A stretch of DNA of 64,000 bases from Octopus vulgaris (taxonomy: Eukaryota). This document shows positions 27,313-41,312 of the stretch, piece after piece. The position numbers and the translations under genes are program-made. The notes beneath the pieces were generated by a model, which saw only the letters and a list, made by a program, of their open reading frames with translations, made no database searches and was not told where the DNA came from. How positions within the stretch are numbered: position 1 is the stretch's first letter; every line of letters starts with the position of its first letter. The stretch is taken from assembly GCA_951406725.2 (NCBI GenBank), contig OX597833.1, positions 3,968,001-4,032,000 on the forward strand, in the 5' to 3' direction.

Positions 27313-27356
27313 TAACGCGTATGTAATATCAATATACATGCTTTCCATTCATTCCA

Positions 27357-27412
<56 letters not shown>

Positions 27413-28817
27413 TACATACACACACATAAAAATACACACATACACAAGCATATATACATATATATATATATAGTAAATGTATGTATAAAGAAATTTGAAT
27501 AAAGTTTTTTCTACAACATTTTTGAACAAGTGTTTTTTCATTTGATTTCCTAAAAAAAAATACATTGAAACAAAAGTTTGGATGACATATATCACTGCTA
27601 TATTTTTTTATTGATCCTACCATGACCACCACTACAGCGAGTAGAAGGGACAGATTTGAAAGTACAACCAACCGTGTGTGAATGGCTGGAATGCCTGGTT
27701 AATAGCTGCAACTTGTAAACCCTACAGACCCAGGAGCCAATATTAAAATCCTTTCATCAGATGGAAGATATTGAAATATTGTCTTAAATAAGTATCAAGC
27801 CTAATCGTGTTTTATCTGCATAAATATCTCCATATCTCACCTGGATTTCTCTTGGAGCCACTCTTTGCCCCATGGACTTAGCACTCAATAAATATTTCTG
27901 AAAGCAGACATTGGAGCTTAATGCAGTCTTTGCACTCATTGGCTATTGTCTGAGCATGTGACCAATGCCAGCATGGAAGACAAGCATCAAAAGATGATGA
28001 TATAATATTCCCCATTGGACGTGACATTTAACCCTTTCGTTACTGTATTTATTTTGAGATGCTCTGTGTTTACTCTTTACTCTTTTACTTGTTTCAGTCA
28101 TTTGACTGCGGCCATGCTGGAGCACCGCCTTTAGTCGAGCAAATCGACCCCGGGACTTATTCTTTGTAAGCCCAGTACTTATTCTATCGGTCTCTTTTGC
28201 TGAACCGCTAAGTGACGGGGACGTAAACACACCAGCTTTTGTTGTCAAGCAATGCTAGCGGGACAAACACAAACACAGACACACAAACATATACACACAC
28301 ACTTATATATACATATATACGACAGGCTTCTTTCAGTTTCCGTCTACCAAATCCACTCACAAGACATTGGTCGGCCCAGTGCTATAGAAGAAGACACTTG
28401 CCCAAGATGCCACGCAGTGGGACTGAACCCGGAATCATGTGGTTGGTTAGCAAGCTACTTACCACACAGCCACTTCTGCGCCTACGGACATTATCCAACC
28501 ATCTTGCTCTTGGTTTGCCACTCAGACCCCTGCTAGTTGGCTCAACTTGAAATTCTTTCCTGTGACATTCTAATCATATAACTAGAGTAGCAAACCTGTG
28601 ACCTTTCAACGCAGAGAGGTCGCAGCTCAACCTGGAGAAAGTCCCTAATCTCCAAGACACGCACCCTTTCGCTTCTATTCCCGACTGTATTCTTCTGGCT
28701 ATGATCCAACATTCTTGACCATAAATGAGGATTGATATGCAAACTGAAGGTAGTGAGTTTGTGTGTGTGAATGAGCCAGTATTCTCTCATCTATGTGTGT
28801 GTGTGTGTGTGTGTGAA

Positions 28818-29152
28818 GGCCAATGGCTCAGTGGTTAAAGCGTCAGGCTCACAATCATGAGGTAGTGAGTTCAATTCCTGGACCAGGCTGCATGTTGTGT
28901 TCTTGAGCAAGACACTTCATTTCACATTGCTCCAGTTTATTCAGCGGTAGAAATGAGTTGAGACGTCACTGGTGCCAAGCTGTATCGGCCCCTTTGCCTT
29001 TCCCTTGGATAACATCAGTGGCATGGAGACAGAGAGGCTGGTATGTATGGATGACTGCTGGCCTTCCATAAACAACCTTGCCCAGACTTGTGCCTTACAG
29101 GGAAACATTCTAGGTGCAATCCCATGGTCATTCATGACTGAAGGGTGTCTTT
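28818..29152 (+). mobile_element. tRNA-derived SINE family D (another copy at ~32008-32210)
   Basis: tggctcagtggttaaag...gagttcaattcc head with cttgagcaagacactt core. Confidence 0.75.
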
Positions 29153-29991
29153 AACCTTTTATATGTGCATATACTGATTATAAACAATAGCATTTTATTA
29201 ACGATGTCATTTGCTTGAAGTCCATTTTAAAAGCATATCCAGGTTTTTTTCTTTTGCATAGCAGTGTTTGTAAACAAAAGGCTCATTCACAAAGTCATTT
29301 GTTTTCTGTTCTAACATGTCCAAACTTTTGTTGTTTAATAGACTGGAAGATTATTGCCCCACTTGAAAACATGTAGGGGCTGGCAATAGGAAGGGCACCT
29401 GGAAGCAGAAAACTCTGGCTAAACATACTCTTGGCAGAATTGTTACTGCACCGAGCAAAACGGTTAATGGCATTCTTTCCAACTTTATGTTTTGAGTTCA
29501 AATCCAGCCAAGGTCAACTTTGCAGACATAAGAAAGTAGTCATTAGAATAATGATGAAAATATCATCATCATTATCTTCACTGGTTTAACATCTACTTTT
29601 TCCATGCTTGCATGGGTTAGATGAAATTTGGTGTTACAGAATACCTATGACTAGATGCCCATCCTGTTGCCATTGGCTCAACAGTTTGCAAGCAACATAA
29701 TGTTATCCCATGGCCAGAATGTTTTTCAGAGAGAACAGGCAAATAAACAACACCACTTGTATGATGGTGATTCTCATTTACAACTTGTGATATCATGGTA
29801 AAGGTACACACAAATAAGTGTATACACACAGTGATATATATATATATATATATATATAGATAGATAAATAGATAGATAGATAGATAGATGGATAGATAGA
29901 CAGATAGATAGATAAATAGATAGATAGATAGATGGATAGATTGATAGATAGACAGATAGATAGATAGATAAATAGATAGACAGATAGATAC

Positions 29992-30034
<43 letters not shown>

Positions 30035-32736
30035 CATAGATAGATAGATAGATAGGTAGACAGACAGAGAGAGAGAGAGAGACAGATAGATAGATAGACA
30101 GACAGACAAGAAGAAGATGTAGTCCATTTGAGATGTTGGATCTATTTTATTCAACAATACTTGGAAGTTTGTCTTTAGAGCCAAGTCAGCTGAGTGTATG
30201 ATGCATTTGTCTTGTCAATGGACTGGCACGGGTGGGGGGAGCAGCTGAAGGTAATACAGTGACAGTAGTAGTAGTAGTAGTAGTAGTAGTAACAGTAGTA
30301 GTATTCGTAATGGTGGTGGTGGTGGTGGAAATGAAGCTAGTTTCAACACACAAAACAGACAGTACGGAAGATAGCTTTGAAAATGGAGGGAACAGCTAGA
30401 CACTAGATACAGTAAGAGTTGTAGCGGTGGTTGATGGTGGTGGTGGTGGTGGTGGCGGTGGTGCTGGTTGTGGTGGTGGTTGATGGTGGTGGTGGTGGTG
30501 GTTGGTGGTGGCGATGGTGGGTGGTGGTGGTGGTGGCGATGGTTGGTGGTGGTGGTGGCTGTGATGGTGGTGGTGGTGGTGGCTGTGATGGTGGTTGGTG
30601 GTTGGCAAGTGTCGGACTCAATATGTTATTTAACCTTGACTCGCTCGACTCTGATCAAGTGAACCACTGCACCGGTCAACAATGATTCAGCAACAACCAT
30701 CCTGTTGTTCTGAAAATGCAGAGAGCAACTATAGATTAGATGCAGCAACCGTCCAAGAATTTGGACCTGGAGATCCCCATTTCCAGCAACTTCAAGGGCC
30801 ACCTCACAGTGGTGTCAGGCGTCAACGAAGATCCCTCGACTACAAGACGACCAAATTTTTTTTTTTTCCAAGGTATGGGGTCTCCCGCCCTTAAGCTCTA
30901 GACCATCCCCTAATCACCCTTACCCGTCTTGTTGCTTAGCAACAACAACAGCAGCAGTAGTGGTGGTGGTTGTGCTATTCAGCCCTGGGCCAACCGATCA
31001 AGCAGCCCACTGCAGTGATCAATGAGGTCCCAGCTCTGTAATCGTCCCCTTATTTTGCATATCAAGGATAACACCATTCAACACATTCCATATTTTTTCA
31101 AGAAGGTTTGGCAGTAATTTAAAGGATTAGGGACTTCTGCTGCTGCTGAAGGTGGCCATGGTTGGTGTCAGGCATGATGACAGATCCAAAGAATTATCAC
31201 TTCTTTCTTTATTGCCCACAAGGGGCTAAACATAGAGGGGACAAACAAGGACAGACAAGGAGATTAAGTCGATTACATCGACCCCAGTGTGTAACTGGTA
31301 CTTAATTTGAATGACCCCGAAAAGATGAAAGGCAAAGTCGACCTCAGAATTATCACTTCTTTCTTTATTGACCACAAGGGGCTAAACACAGAGGGGGACA
31401 AACAAGGAGATTAAGTCGATTACATCGACCCCAGTGTGTAACTGGTACTTAATTTATCGACCCCGAAAGGATGAAAGGCAAAGTCGACCTCAGAATTATC
31501 ACTTCTGGCACCAAAATCACAAAAATATATATATGTGGCTGTTTAATAGTCAGAGAATGATTGCAATGTGAATCCAGTGAAATTGTGGGAACTAGATTAT
31601 ATCCAAAGAGTTGGAGGAATAAGGGAGCATCCCTTATTCATTGTTCCCTAACAAGAAGAAGCCTCACGATTCATTTGTAACAAAGCTTGCGTTTGCTTGG
31701 CTACTGCAAGGTCTCAGATATATTCAAATCTTATGTGTGATTGTATCGGTTATTTGGTAGGGTCAAATGAGACATCACACTTTAAACTAATTGTTATTAT
31801 AGACTATGGCTCTGGGACAGGTAAGGCAGATATCATTATTGTCAGGGGACGGGTAACAATGATATCCCTGGACTAGCGAACATCTGTCAGGTACCTTACT
31901 GTAGTATGTACCTTTGATATACAGACGGATTATATATACCTTCATCAAAATGAGGTTGCCCTACTTAGTACATAGATACATATAGATAAATGTATATATG
32001 TATGTGATGGTGCATGGCTCAGTGGTTAGAGAGTCGAGATCACAATCATGAGGTTGTGAGTTCGATTCCCGGACCGGGCTGCGTGTTGTGCTCTTGAGCA
32101 AGACACTTTATTTCACGTTGCTCCAGTTCACTCTGCTGTAGAAATGAATTGCGACGTCACAGGTGCCAAGCTGTATCAGCCCCTTTGCCTTTCCCTTGGA
32201 TAACACTGGTGCTATCTTGGGAAAATGGACATTAAAATGATAATGATGGTGATCATGTGTGTGTGTGTATGCATATACTTATAACATATATGTATACATA
32301 TATAAATATACATTTACTGAATGATATTATATATATCAATGTGTGTGCATACATGTATAAAATAAATTTATGTACACTATATATATGTATACATTTGGTA
32401 TGTATGCTTGTATATATTATCTACATATATATACTTACATGCACTTATACATATATATATATTTCGTTTTGGGATTTGGTTTGCAAGATTCTTTATGTGA
32501 GTTCGTGTGTTGAAGCATATTTTGTTGTGTCTGGGGAGAGTCACTCTCTATTGGGGCCTTATAATTTAACACACTCACTGGTAAAATTTCCACTTATTTC
32601 CTTTTTGAGAGTCAAAACTATTGAAAAAGTTACAAGACACCACAGAAAAATAAAAAAGAAATAAGTGGAAATTTTACCAGCGAGTGTTTTAAATCATAAG
32701 GCACCAAAAGAGAATGACTCTCCCCAGACACCACAG

Positions 32737-32769
<33 letters not shown>

Positions 32770-33162
32770 ATACACACAAGTATGATCTACATTACAGAAC
32801 CGTTGTGTTCCTGAAAACCTCACAGCAACAGGAAATTAATTTCCCATTCGCCTTCACATCACACACAATTCCATGGCAACCACATTTTTGCATCATGGAA
32901 TCCCGTAAGATCTTCAGGAATGCAAAAGGTTCCATTACTCATTGGATGTCTTACAAAATCCATCTAATTAAATATTTCATTTTTAATTACTTTATTATAA
33001 TCATTATTTTGTTTTTCTCTCCTTTATAATGAAGACTGAAATTTTTTTTTTAAATATGGTAAAACAAAAGGCATTATTATTATTATTCAGCCCTTGTGGC
33101 CAATAAAGTATCATTATCATTATTATTATTATTATTAACAGTAATGGTGGTGATGGATTTAA

Positions 33163-33348
33163 CTCTTTAGCATTCAGATTATTCTGTCAAATGTAATCCT
33201 GGATTATCTCATAGCTTCAAGATATTGATAATCTGATTATTTTTAGAATGACATATTAGGGTAGGTGTGAAAGGTCAGATCCGGCCAGTTTGAGCATAAG
33301 ACAGGTTGAATATTTTGGCTGGACATAACCAGTTTAAATGCTAAAGGG
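33163..33348. mobile_element. piggyBac-type MITE
   Basis: TTAA|CTCTTTAGCATT ... AATGCTAAAGGG|TTAA. Confidence 0.75.
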
Positions 33349-33951
33349 TTAAAAACAAATACATATTTCTAGAAAGATCACGTTTCGCTTATTGAGGAAG
33401 CAGTGTGATCTTGGAGCATGAGCACACAGGGTGGTTTTCCAGAATCAACATGGATTTAAGGGCCCCTGCACCATATGTAATGAGGTTGTGTATGTAGGAG
33501 ACCCAGTGCCTAGTTTGGCCTACAGCCCTGTAATGTTTATATGGTCCTAGACATAGGGTTCATGGTAGAGGTGACGATGGTGGTGATGATGATGATGATG
33601 ATGATGATTGTAATGATGATGGTGGTGGTGGTGGAGGTAATTGTTCCTAATTTAGGCACAAGGCCAGCAATTTCAAGGTGAAGTGGGTTAGTTGATGACA
33701 TCAACCTTCGTACTTGACTGATAGTTCCTTTCATCAACCCCACCCCACAAAAAAAAAAAAGAATGAAACACAAAGTTGGCCTCAGTGGGTTTTGAACTCA
33801 GAATGCAAAGAGCCAAAACAAACAGTGCAAAGCATTTCTTCTAAGGCTTTTATGATTCTGCCAGCTCACCACCTTAATAATAATAATAATAATAATAATA
33901 AAGATAATAATGATAATAATAATAATGATGATGATGATGATGATGATGATG

Positions 33952-34608
33952 AAGATAAGACAGACAGAGAAAAAAAATGGCAATGGATGACTAAAAGTGA
34001 TTTAAAACCAGAAATGGAGGCTCTAATCTGTGCTGCCCAAGAGCAAGCATTAAGAACTAATTACATCAAATACAGAATGGACAACACATCAGAAAGTGAT
34101 AAGTGCAGAATCTGTAGACAAAACGGTGAAACCATATGGCATATTACTAGCCAATGTACGCCACTAACCCAGAAAGAATATGAGAGACATCATGACAATA
34201 TAGCAAGGATTGTCCATTGGACACTTTGCAACAAGTATGGACTTGACAGAGCGAAAAAAAAGGTATGAACATAAACCCGAAGTCATCATCGAAAACGATA
34301 ATGCAAAGATCCTGTGGGATTTTATGATTCAAGGCAACCATGAGATAGAGATAGGAAACCAGACATAGTGTTGAGGAAGAAAGCAAACTATGCTGGATCA
34401 TAGATATAGCATGCCCAGCTGACAAGTTATGTGATAAGAAAGAAAGAAAAGTCGAGAGATATGACAGGTTAGCTTGGGAGGTTAAGCAGTGGTCGATGAA
34501 ACAGGTGGTAGTAGGACCAATAATTGTCGGAGCCCTGGGATCAGTGAGTAAAAATCTTGAGAAGTACATGGAACAAATAGGGGCTGCATAAGGATGGAGC
34601 ACTTGCAA
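33952..34608 (+). mobile_element. R4/Dong-clade retrotransposon fragment (CCHC finger + restriction-like endonuclease), decayed
   Basis: WQWMTKSDLKPEMEALICAAQEQALRTNYIK...KCRICRQNGETIWHITSQC..YERHHDNIARIVHW; frameshifted continuation includes KILWDF, KPDIV and IIDIACP. Confidence 0.85.
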
Positions 34609-35647
34609 TAAGGATGGAGAACTTTTTATTAGAGGTACAAGGCCTGAAATTTGGGGGTGGGGGAGACTAGTCGATTACATCGACCCCAGTGCTTGACTGG
34701 TACTTAATGTATCACCCCCCCCCCAAAAAAAAAAGATGAAGGGCAATGCTGGCCTGGGCAGAATTTGAACTCAGTGTTTCACTGGTACTTAATTTATCGA
34801 CTCAAAAGGATAAAAGGCAAAGCTGACCTCAGTGGAATTTGAACTCAGAACGTACAGATGGATGAAATGCTGCTGAGCATTTCACCCAGTGTGCTAATGA
34901 TTCAGCCAGCGCTCCACCTTAATAGTAATAATAATAATAATAATTTCTCTTTACTGGCCACAAGGGCTGAACACAAAACAAATAGGTACAATACTACACA
35001 ATAAAAGGAATGGACACAGCTGACCAGTGGTAATATAAGGGGTTTATTCATTGTTAAATAAAGAAAGGTTCACATGTAAATGTTTAGCCAACCCATACCC
35101 CTCCACATTCCCTAACATCACCACCACCACCACCACGGTGCCACATTATTTATGTTGCTTGAATCTCCCCCCACCCCCACCTAAATAAAAGTGCTTGTTT
35201 TTATTATTTCTTTTCTTTTTAATCATGTTTTAATTTTTTATTTTTTAAACCTTTTTTTACTTCAGAAAAAAAAAAGATTTCCCAGATCATTCAGTTTAAT
35301 TATAGAAGGAAAGATGTATGTATATATATATATATATATATACAAAGGGTAAAATTAATTAATTAAGAAGTAATCAATAATTTCACCAAGTAGAATTCGG
35401 TATGAAAAAAGGACCATTTCACGGTAAACTTAAGTAATACTTAATAAAAGGGTTCAGCAAAGATTTGCTTTACCACATACCGAAGTTTAGAAATAGCAGC
35501 CAAAAATTTTAGCTATTTCTTCTACTTTAAAAAAGGTTTCTCTTGGAGTCCCTTTTTAAAGTAGAAGAAATAGCTAAGATTTTTGGCTGCTATTTCTAAA
35601 CTTCGGTATGTGGTAAAGCAAATCTTTGCTGAACCCTTTTTATTAAG

Positions 35648-35678
<31 letters not shown>

Positions 35679-35986
35679 GTACATGTATCTATATCTATAT
35701 GCATATACACACACACACACACACATGAACACATACAATTACATCAGGAATGAAGCAACACCAACCATTTAAAATATAAACAAACAGGTCTGCTATTCCC
35801 TTGACCTTTGTTACATTTTACAAGGCGCAGGAGTGGCTGTGTGGTAAGTAGCTTGCTAACCAACCACATGGTTCCGGGTTCAATCCCCCTGCTTGGCATC
35901 TTGGGCAAGTGTCTTCTGCTATAGCCTCGGGCCGACCAATGCCTTGTGAGTGGATTTGGTAGACGGAAACTGAAAGAAGCCTATCG

Positions 35987-36019
<33 letters not shown>

Positions 36020-36147
36020 TTGTGCCCCTAGCATCAGTGCACATCAAGCTCAACGATGTGCACCAAAATACTTCAACACTGCGCAATACACCCTGATATT
36101 ACCAAACAAAAGAGACGGGGGTAAACAGCAGCACCCGTGACATTTAA

Positions 36148-36365
36148 CTCTTTAGCATTCAAATTATTCCATCAAATTTAAGGCTTATTTATTCCCAATG
36201 TTTTGAATTATTCATACTTTATCTGAAGCCTTGAAATTTTGATGATATGATTGTATAATTGTAGAGTGACTTTGTAGGATGGAAGTGAGAGACCAGCTCT
36301 GGCTAGTTTGGCCATAAACAGGTAGAATATTTGGGCTGGACATGACCGGTTTAAATGCTAAAGGG
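36148..36365. mobile_element. piggyBac-type MITE, same family
   Basis: TTAA|CTCTTTAGCATT ... AATGCTAAAGGG|TTGA; interior similar to the 33163 copy. Confidence 0.7.
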
Positions 36366-38135
36366 TTGAAAGCAAACAGGACTCAGCAATGATGCCCTTG
36401 TTGCATCTCATGTTATCTTTGCTCATATTATTTTCATATCAGGTTTGTCTCAAGCATGTCTGAAGTAAATTACTTTGAAGCCTGATGTGGTTTCTGGCCC
36501 TAATGAAGAACCATGAATAGGGGTTTTACTGAGGGGCATAACGCAAGGGGCAGGGTGTGCTTTGAGTAGGGCGCATGGAACTATATATAATGCGTTTGTT
36601 GACATGAGGAAAGGTTCCATCCCAGTCAACCGAGAAGCTTTGACCTATTGCCTCTCTCTTTCTTTCTCTTGCCCACCCCCACTCATTCATGTGTGCATGC
36701 ATTTGTGAGTGTGTGTGTGTATGTGTCAGTGTGTTCACATATTTTTTAACTGCCCTACTGAGACCTTTTTTAATTTATTCTGTTCAAGAGTTTTCACAAT
36801 GTATGTGATCTCTCACACTATAATATATATATATATATACATAATTTTCGAGACGCATAAATTTAATGATTATCGACAATTTTTTTGTTTCGGCGTATCT
36901 GGCATTAGAATTTTTCTTCTGCCCTTATCTTGTAAATTATGTATAAATTTTACCTTTAAAGGCATTTTTTGATATGCTGGCCATTGATAAAATTTTTTTC
37001 CTGAAAAATTTTTTATCCTATATCAATTATATATATATATATATATATATATGCATACATATATATGTATGTGTGTCATCCTTTGAAAAATAGCTACAGG
37101 TTTAAGGGTTAGTGACAGGAAGTGTATCCGGTTGGAAAATCCTACTGAAGACAAATCCTCTTCCATCCCATGCTAGCAGGGCAAAACAAACATTAAACGA
37201 ACAAACAAATTTATATATATACACACTCATATATACACATAAGCACAAACACACACACGCATATATATAATGGAGAGATAAATAATGAGACAAATTTCCT
37301 TTTCCTCGCAGCATATTACACATAAAACAATACAAACAAAAGCTGACCCTGGTAGCTGACCACAACTTTATTTGGTGATGGTCACAGCTGATTAAACTGA
37401 CTCCAAAGGAGGCAAACACGGAAATCTAACCTGGTAGAAATTAATTGTTATCGCCATATTAATATGGCATTCTTATAGATATAATATTTTATAGAGACTT
37501 AGTAATTTTAATATTTCTATTATAACTTGGTAGAATTTAAAGTCAGAATGCATGAAACAATAATCTTCAGGTATTCTTTGCTATTATCCTAATAGGACTG
37601 GTCTGTAATACCATAATCCTCTTCACACCAGCCTGGGATTAACCCTAGTTCTACGATAAAAATTCCATTTTAAAGTTGGACAGGTTTGCAAATTTCAACA
37701 TTTAATATTTGTGACACCAACTTTATTGTTGTTTAGCCTCAGATCAACTCTGAACAATCAAAGCTTTGATCAAAGGCATTCCAGCTATGACCATCCCACT
37801 TGAAACTTTGCAGACCCAGTGTAACACAAACTACACTAAGATTTTGTTTAAGACAACAAGGTGCAACATGAGGGACATTTAGCTGTTATTTTCAATGTTG
37901 CCGATGTTGTTTAGCCCAAGGTCAACCCTAACTGGACAGGCATATGATCAAAGTTAATCCAACCAGCCGCTACCGTCTTATTTTATTTTTTTCTTTATGT
38001 ACATAGGACTCAGGGCCACGTTATTCAATGACATTCAAAGAGGGTGTGATTTGAGGTAGATTTGACTGCTATTTCCAGCAGGTTTAGCAACCATAGAGAG
38101 GCTCCCCCCCTCATTAAATACGTTGCTGGACTTAA

Positions 38136-38331
38136 TCCTTTAGCATTCAGATTACTCTGTCAGATGTGATATTTAGTCCTTCACATTGTTTCGAAATAAT
38201 CCTGGATTATCTCATAGCTTTCAGATTTCAATGAAGTGATTGTTTATTTTTAGAATGACATTGTAGGGTATGTGTGAAAGGCCAGATCTGACTAGTTTGG
38301 ACCGGATATGGCTGGCTTAAATGCTAAAGGG
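38136..38331. mobile_element. piggyBac-type MITE, same family
   Basis: TTAA|TCCTTTAGCATT ... AATGCTAAAGGG|TTAA. Confidence 0.75.
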
Positions 38332-38919
38332 TTAAACCACAATTGTCAGTGGTGGTGGCAGTGTAGGTAAGGGTTATCAGTGGTGGTGGGCATGTTGGAT
38401 TATTCCTTTACTATAATTAATTGCTGCAGAGCTTGATTAATTAGATAAAATCAAGCACTTGAATGACAGAGGGAGGAGGGGTATGTGTTTTATTGGTTCC
38501 CAGAGCCATGAAAGTTCAAAGCTAGCCACAGTGGGATTTGAACTCAGAACCTAAACGATTGCGGCTAAATACACTTGTCCACCGCCCTTGTTGTAAATGA
38601 TGAGAATGGTTACTGGCACAGGAAGAGATGGGGTGTGGGCTGGCATTTTCAGGGAGGGGGAGGAGGGGAAGTCATTAAAACGAAACCCCATCAGTAAATC
38701 ATCTTAATGAGTCCCCCATCACTGCTAACCCCACCCTGGAAAATTACATGCAACACTAAGCTGACTTTCACGAGATTTTAATTCAGGAAAAAAAAGTGGG
38801 GGCAGGGAAACATAACTCCAAATTGCTTGGGTGATTCTCAATAAAGTATGTGTGGGTGTTGCAGGAGAGGGGGTCTACTCTTTATACTTTCCACCACACT
38901 TGTTATAATAGAATAAAGG

Positions 38920-39199
38920 TTTGACCGGCTTCCGTGCCGGTGGCACGTAAAATGCACCAATCCGATCGTGGCCGTTGCCAGCCTCGCCTGGCACCTGTGC
39001 AGGTGGCACATAAAAAGCACCCACTACACTCACGGAGTGGTTGGCGTTAGGAAGGGCATCCAGCTGCAGAAACACTGCCAGATCAGACTGGAGCCTGGTG
39101 CAACCATCTGGCTTCCCAGATCCCCGGTCGAACCATCCAACCCATGCTAGCATGGAAAACGGATGTTAAACGATGATGATGATGATGATGATGATGATG
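38920..39199 (+). mobile_element. Retroposon family E 3' portion with (GAT)n tail (copies at ~51085, 55370, 55940, 57500, 59155)
   Basis: gttggcgttaggaagggcatccagctg...ccatgctagcatggaaaacggatgttaaacgatgatgat. Confidence 0.8.
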
Positions 39200-39214
39200 A
39201 GAGGTTTCTAGGCA

Positions 39215-40814
39215 AAGGACACAGGGCCAGAAACTTGAGGAGCAGGTTTTATCAATTACATCAACCTCACTATATGACTGGTACTTTATTCCATCAACCT
39301 CAGAGGGGCAGAAAGCAAAAGCAACCAGAGCAGGATTTGAACCCAGAATGTAAAGAGCTGGGGGCAATACTGCAAAGTATTTTTTTTTTTCTTATGCTCA
39401 AACAGTTCTGCCAGCTCACTGCCTTGAAAATACCGATAATGGCTTCAAATTTTGGCACAAGGCCAGCAATGTTAAGGGAGTGGAATTGGTCGATTACACT
39501 GATCCCCGGGGTTCAACTGCTAATTCTTTCCTTGGCCTTGAAAGGATAAAAGGCAGAGTCGACCTCAGTGAAATTTGAACCCAGAGCACAGAGCTGAAGG
39601 AAATGTGAAGCATTTTATCCGCCACACTAGCAATTCCACCAGCTCGGCCTTAATTCTAATTTAAGCACAAAGCCAGTAATTTTTAGAGGATACCATGACT
39701 GGTACTTTATTTTATCAAATTTGGAGGGGAAAAAAAACAAAGCTGCTTTCAACAGAATTTGAACTCAAACCATAGAGAGCCAGGGTGCATACCACAAGGC
39801 ATTTTTTCTGATGATCAAACGGTTCTACCAACCCACCACTCTTCAGAACAAAGGTTTCAGTAATTTCGAAGGTTGGAGATTTAATTGGTTACATTAACTC
39901 CAATATTTAACAAGTACTTCATTGTATTGATCCCTGAAGGATGAAAAGGGAAAGATGATTATCATGGGGTTTGAACTCAGAACCTAAACTGCCAGAACAA
40001 ACAAAACATTTCTCTCTCATGCTCAGACAATTCTACCAATCCACCACACTCTATGATGATAATAATAATAATGCTAATAATAATAGCTTCAAATTTTGTC
40101 ACAAGTCCAGTAAGCCAGTGCTCAACTGGTACTTAATTTATCAACCCCTAAAGGATGAAAGGCAAAGTTGACCTCGGCAGAATTTGAACTCAGAACATAA
40201 AGACAGACAAAATGCCAGCTCACCAGCTTAATAATAATAATGATAATAATAGTGATAATAGTGATGATGATAATGATAATAATAATAATGATAATAATAG
40301 TGATAATAATAATGATAATAATAATAATAATAATAATGATGATAATAATAATAATGATGATGATGATGATGGTGGTGGTGGTCTCTAACTTTGGTAAATG
40401 TGATAGGAGTGGGTTAGTTGATACCATTGACCCCGTTATTCAATTAGCACTTTATTTTATCAACCCTAAAAGGATGAAAGGCAAAGTTGACCTCGGCAGG
40501 ATTTGAACTCAGAATATGAAGAGCCGGAAGAAGCCATTCAAAGCAGTTTTTCCAACTCCCCCAATGGCTCTGCCAGTTTGTCACCTGATTTGATAAGAAC
40601 AGGGGACAAGTCTTTCCCCCTACAGGAACAAGGGGAGGCGGAGGAGGAGGAGGTGTTGGCCGATCGTTTCAAAACCCCAGTATTCAACTGGTACTTTATT
40701 TTATTAATCTCAAGTGGATGAAAGGCAAAGTGGACCTCAGTTGAATTGGAACTCTGAATGTAAAAGGGCCGAAAGAAATGTCGCAAAAGATTGTGCCAAC
40801 ACACCACAGTAATG

Positions 40815-40872
<58 letters not shown>

Positions 40873-41312
40873 TGATGATGATGATCCTTTCTACTAAAGG
40901 CATAAGGTCTAGAATTTGGAGGGAGGGGACTAGTCGATCACACTGACCCCAGTGTTTCACTGGTACTTAATTTATCGAACCTGAAAGGTAAAGTCGACCT
41001 CAGCAGAATTTGAACTTAGAATGTAAGGACAGACAAGATGCTGAGGAGCATTTTGCCTGGGGTGCTAACGATTCTGCCAGCTTACTATTAATCCTTTTTT
41101 ATTAGAGGTACAAGACCTGAAATTTGGGGGTGGCTAGTCGATTACATTGACCCCAGTGCTTGACTGGTTCTTAATGTATCACCCGCCACCCAAAAAAAAG
41201 ATGAAGGGGCAATGTTGGCCTGGGCAGAATTTGAACTCGGAGGAACGTAAAGACTGACAAAATGCCACTAAGCATTTTGCTCGGCGTGCTAATGATTCTG
41301 CCAGCTCACCTC
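39215..41312 (-). mobile_element. Dense cluster of mostly same-orientation SINE family A copies and fragments with AAT/GAT microsatellites
   Basis: Repeated actggtactt...aaggatgaaaggcaaagttgacctcggcagaatttgaactcagaa motif. Confidence 0.8.
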
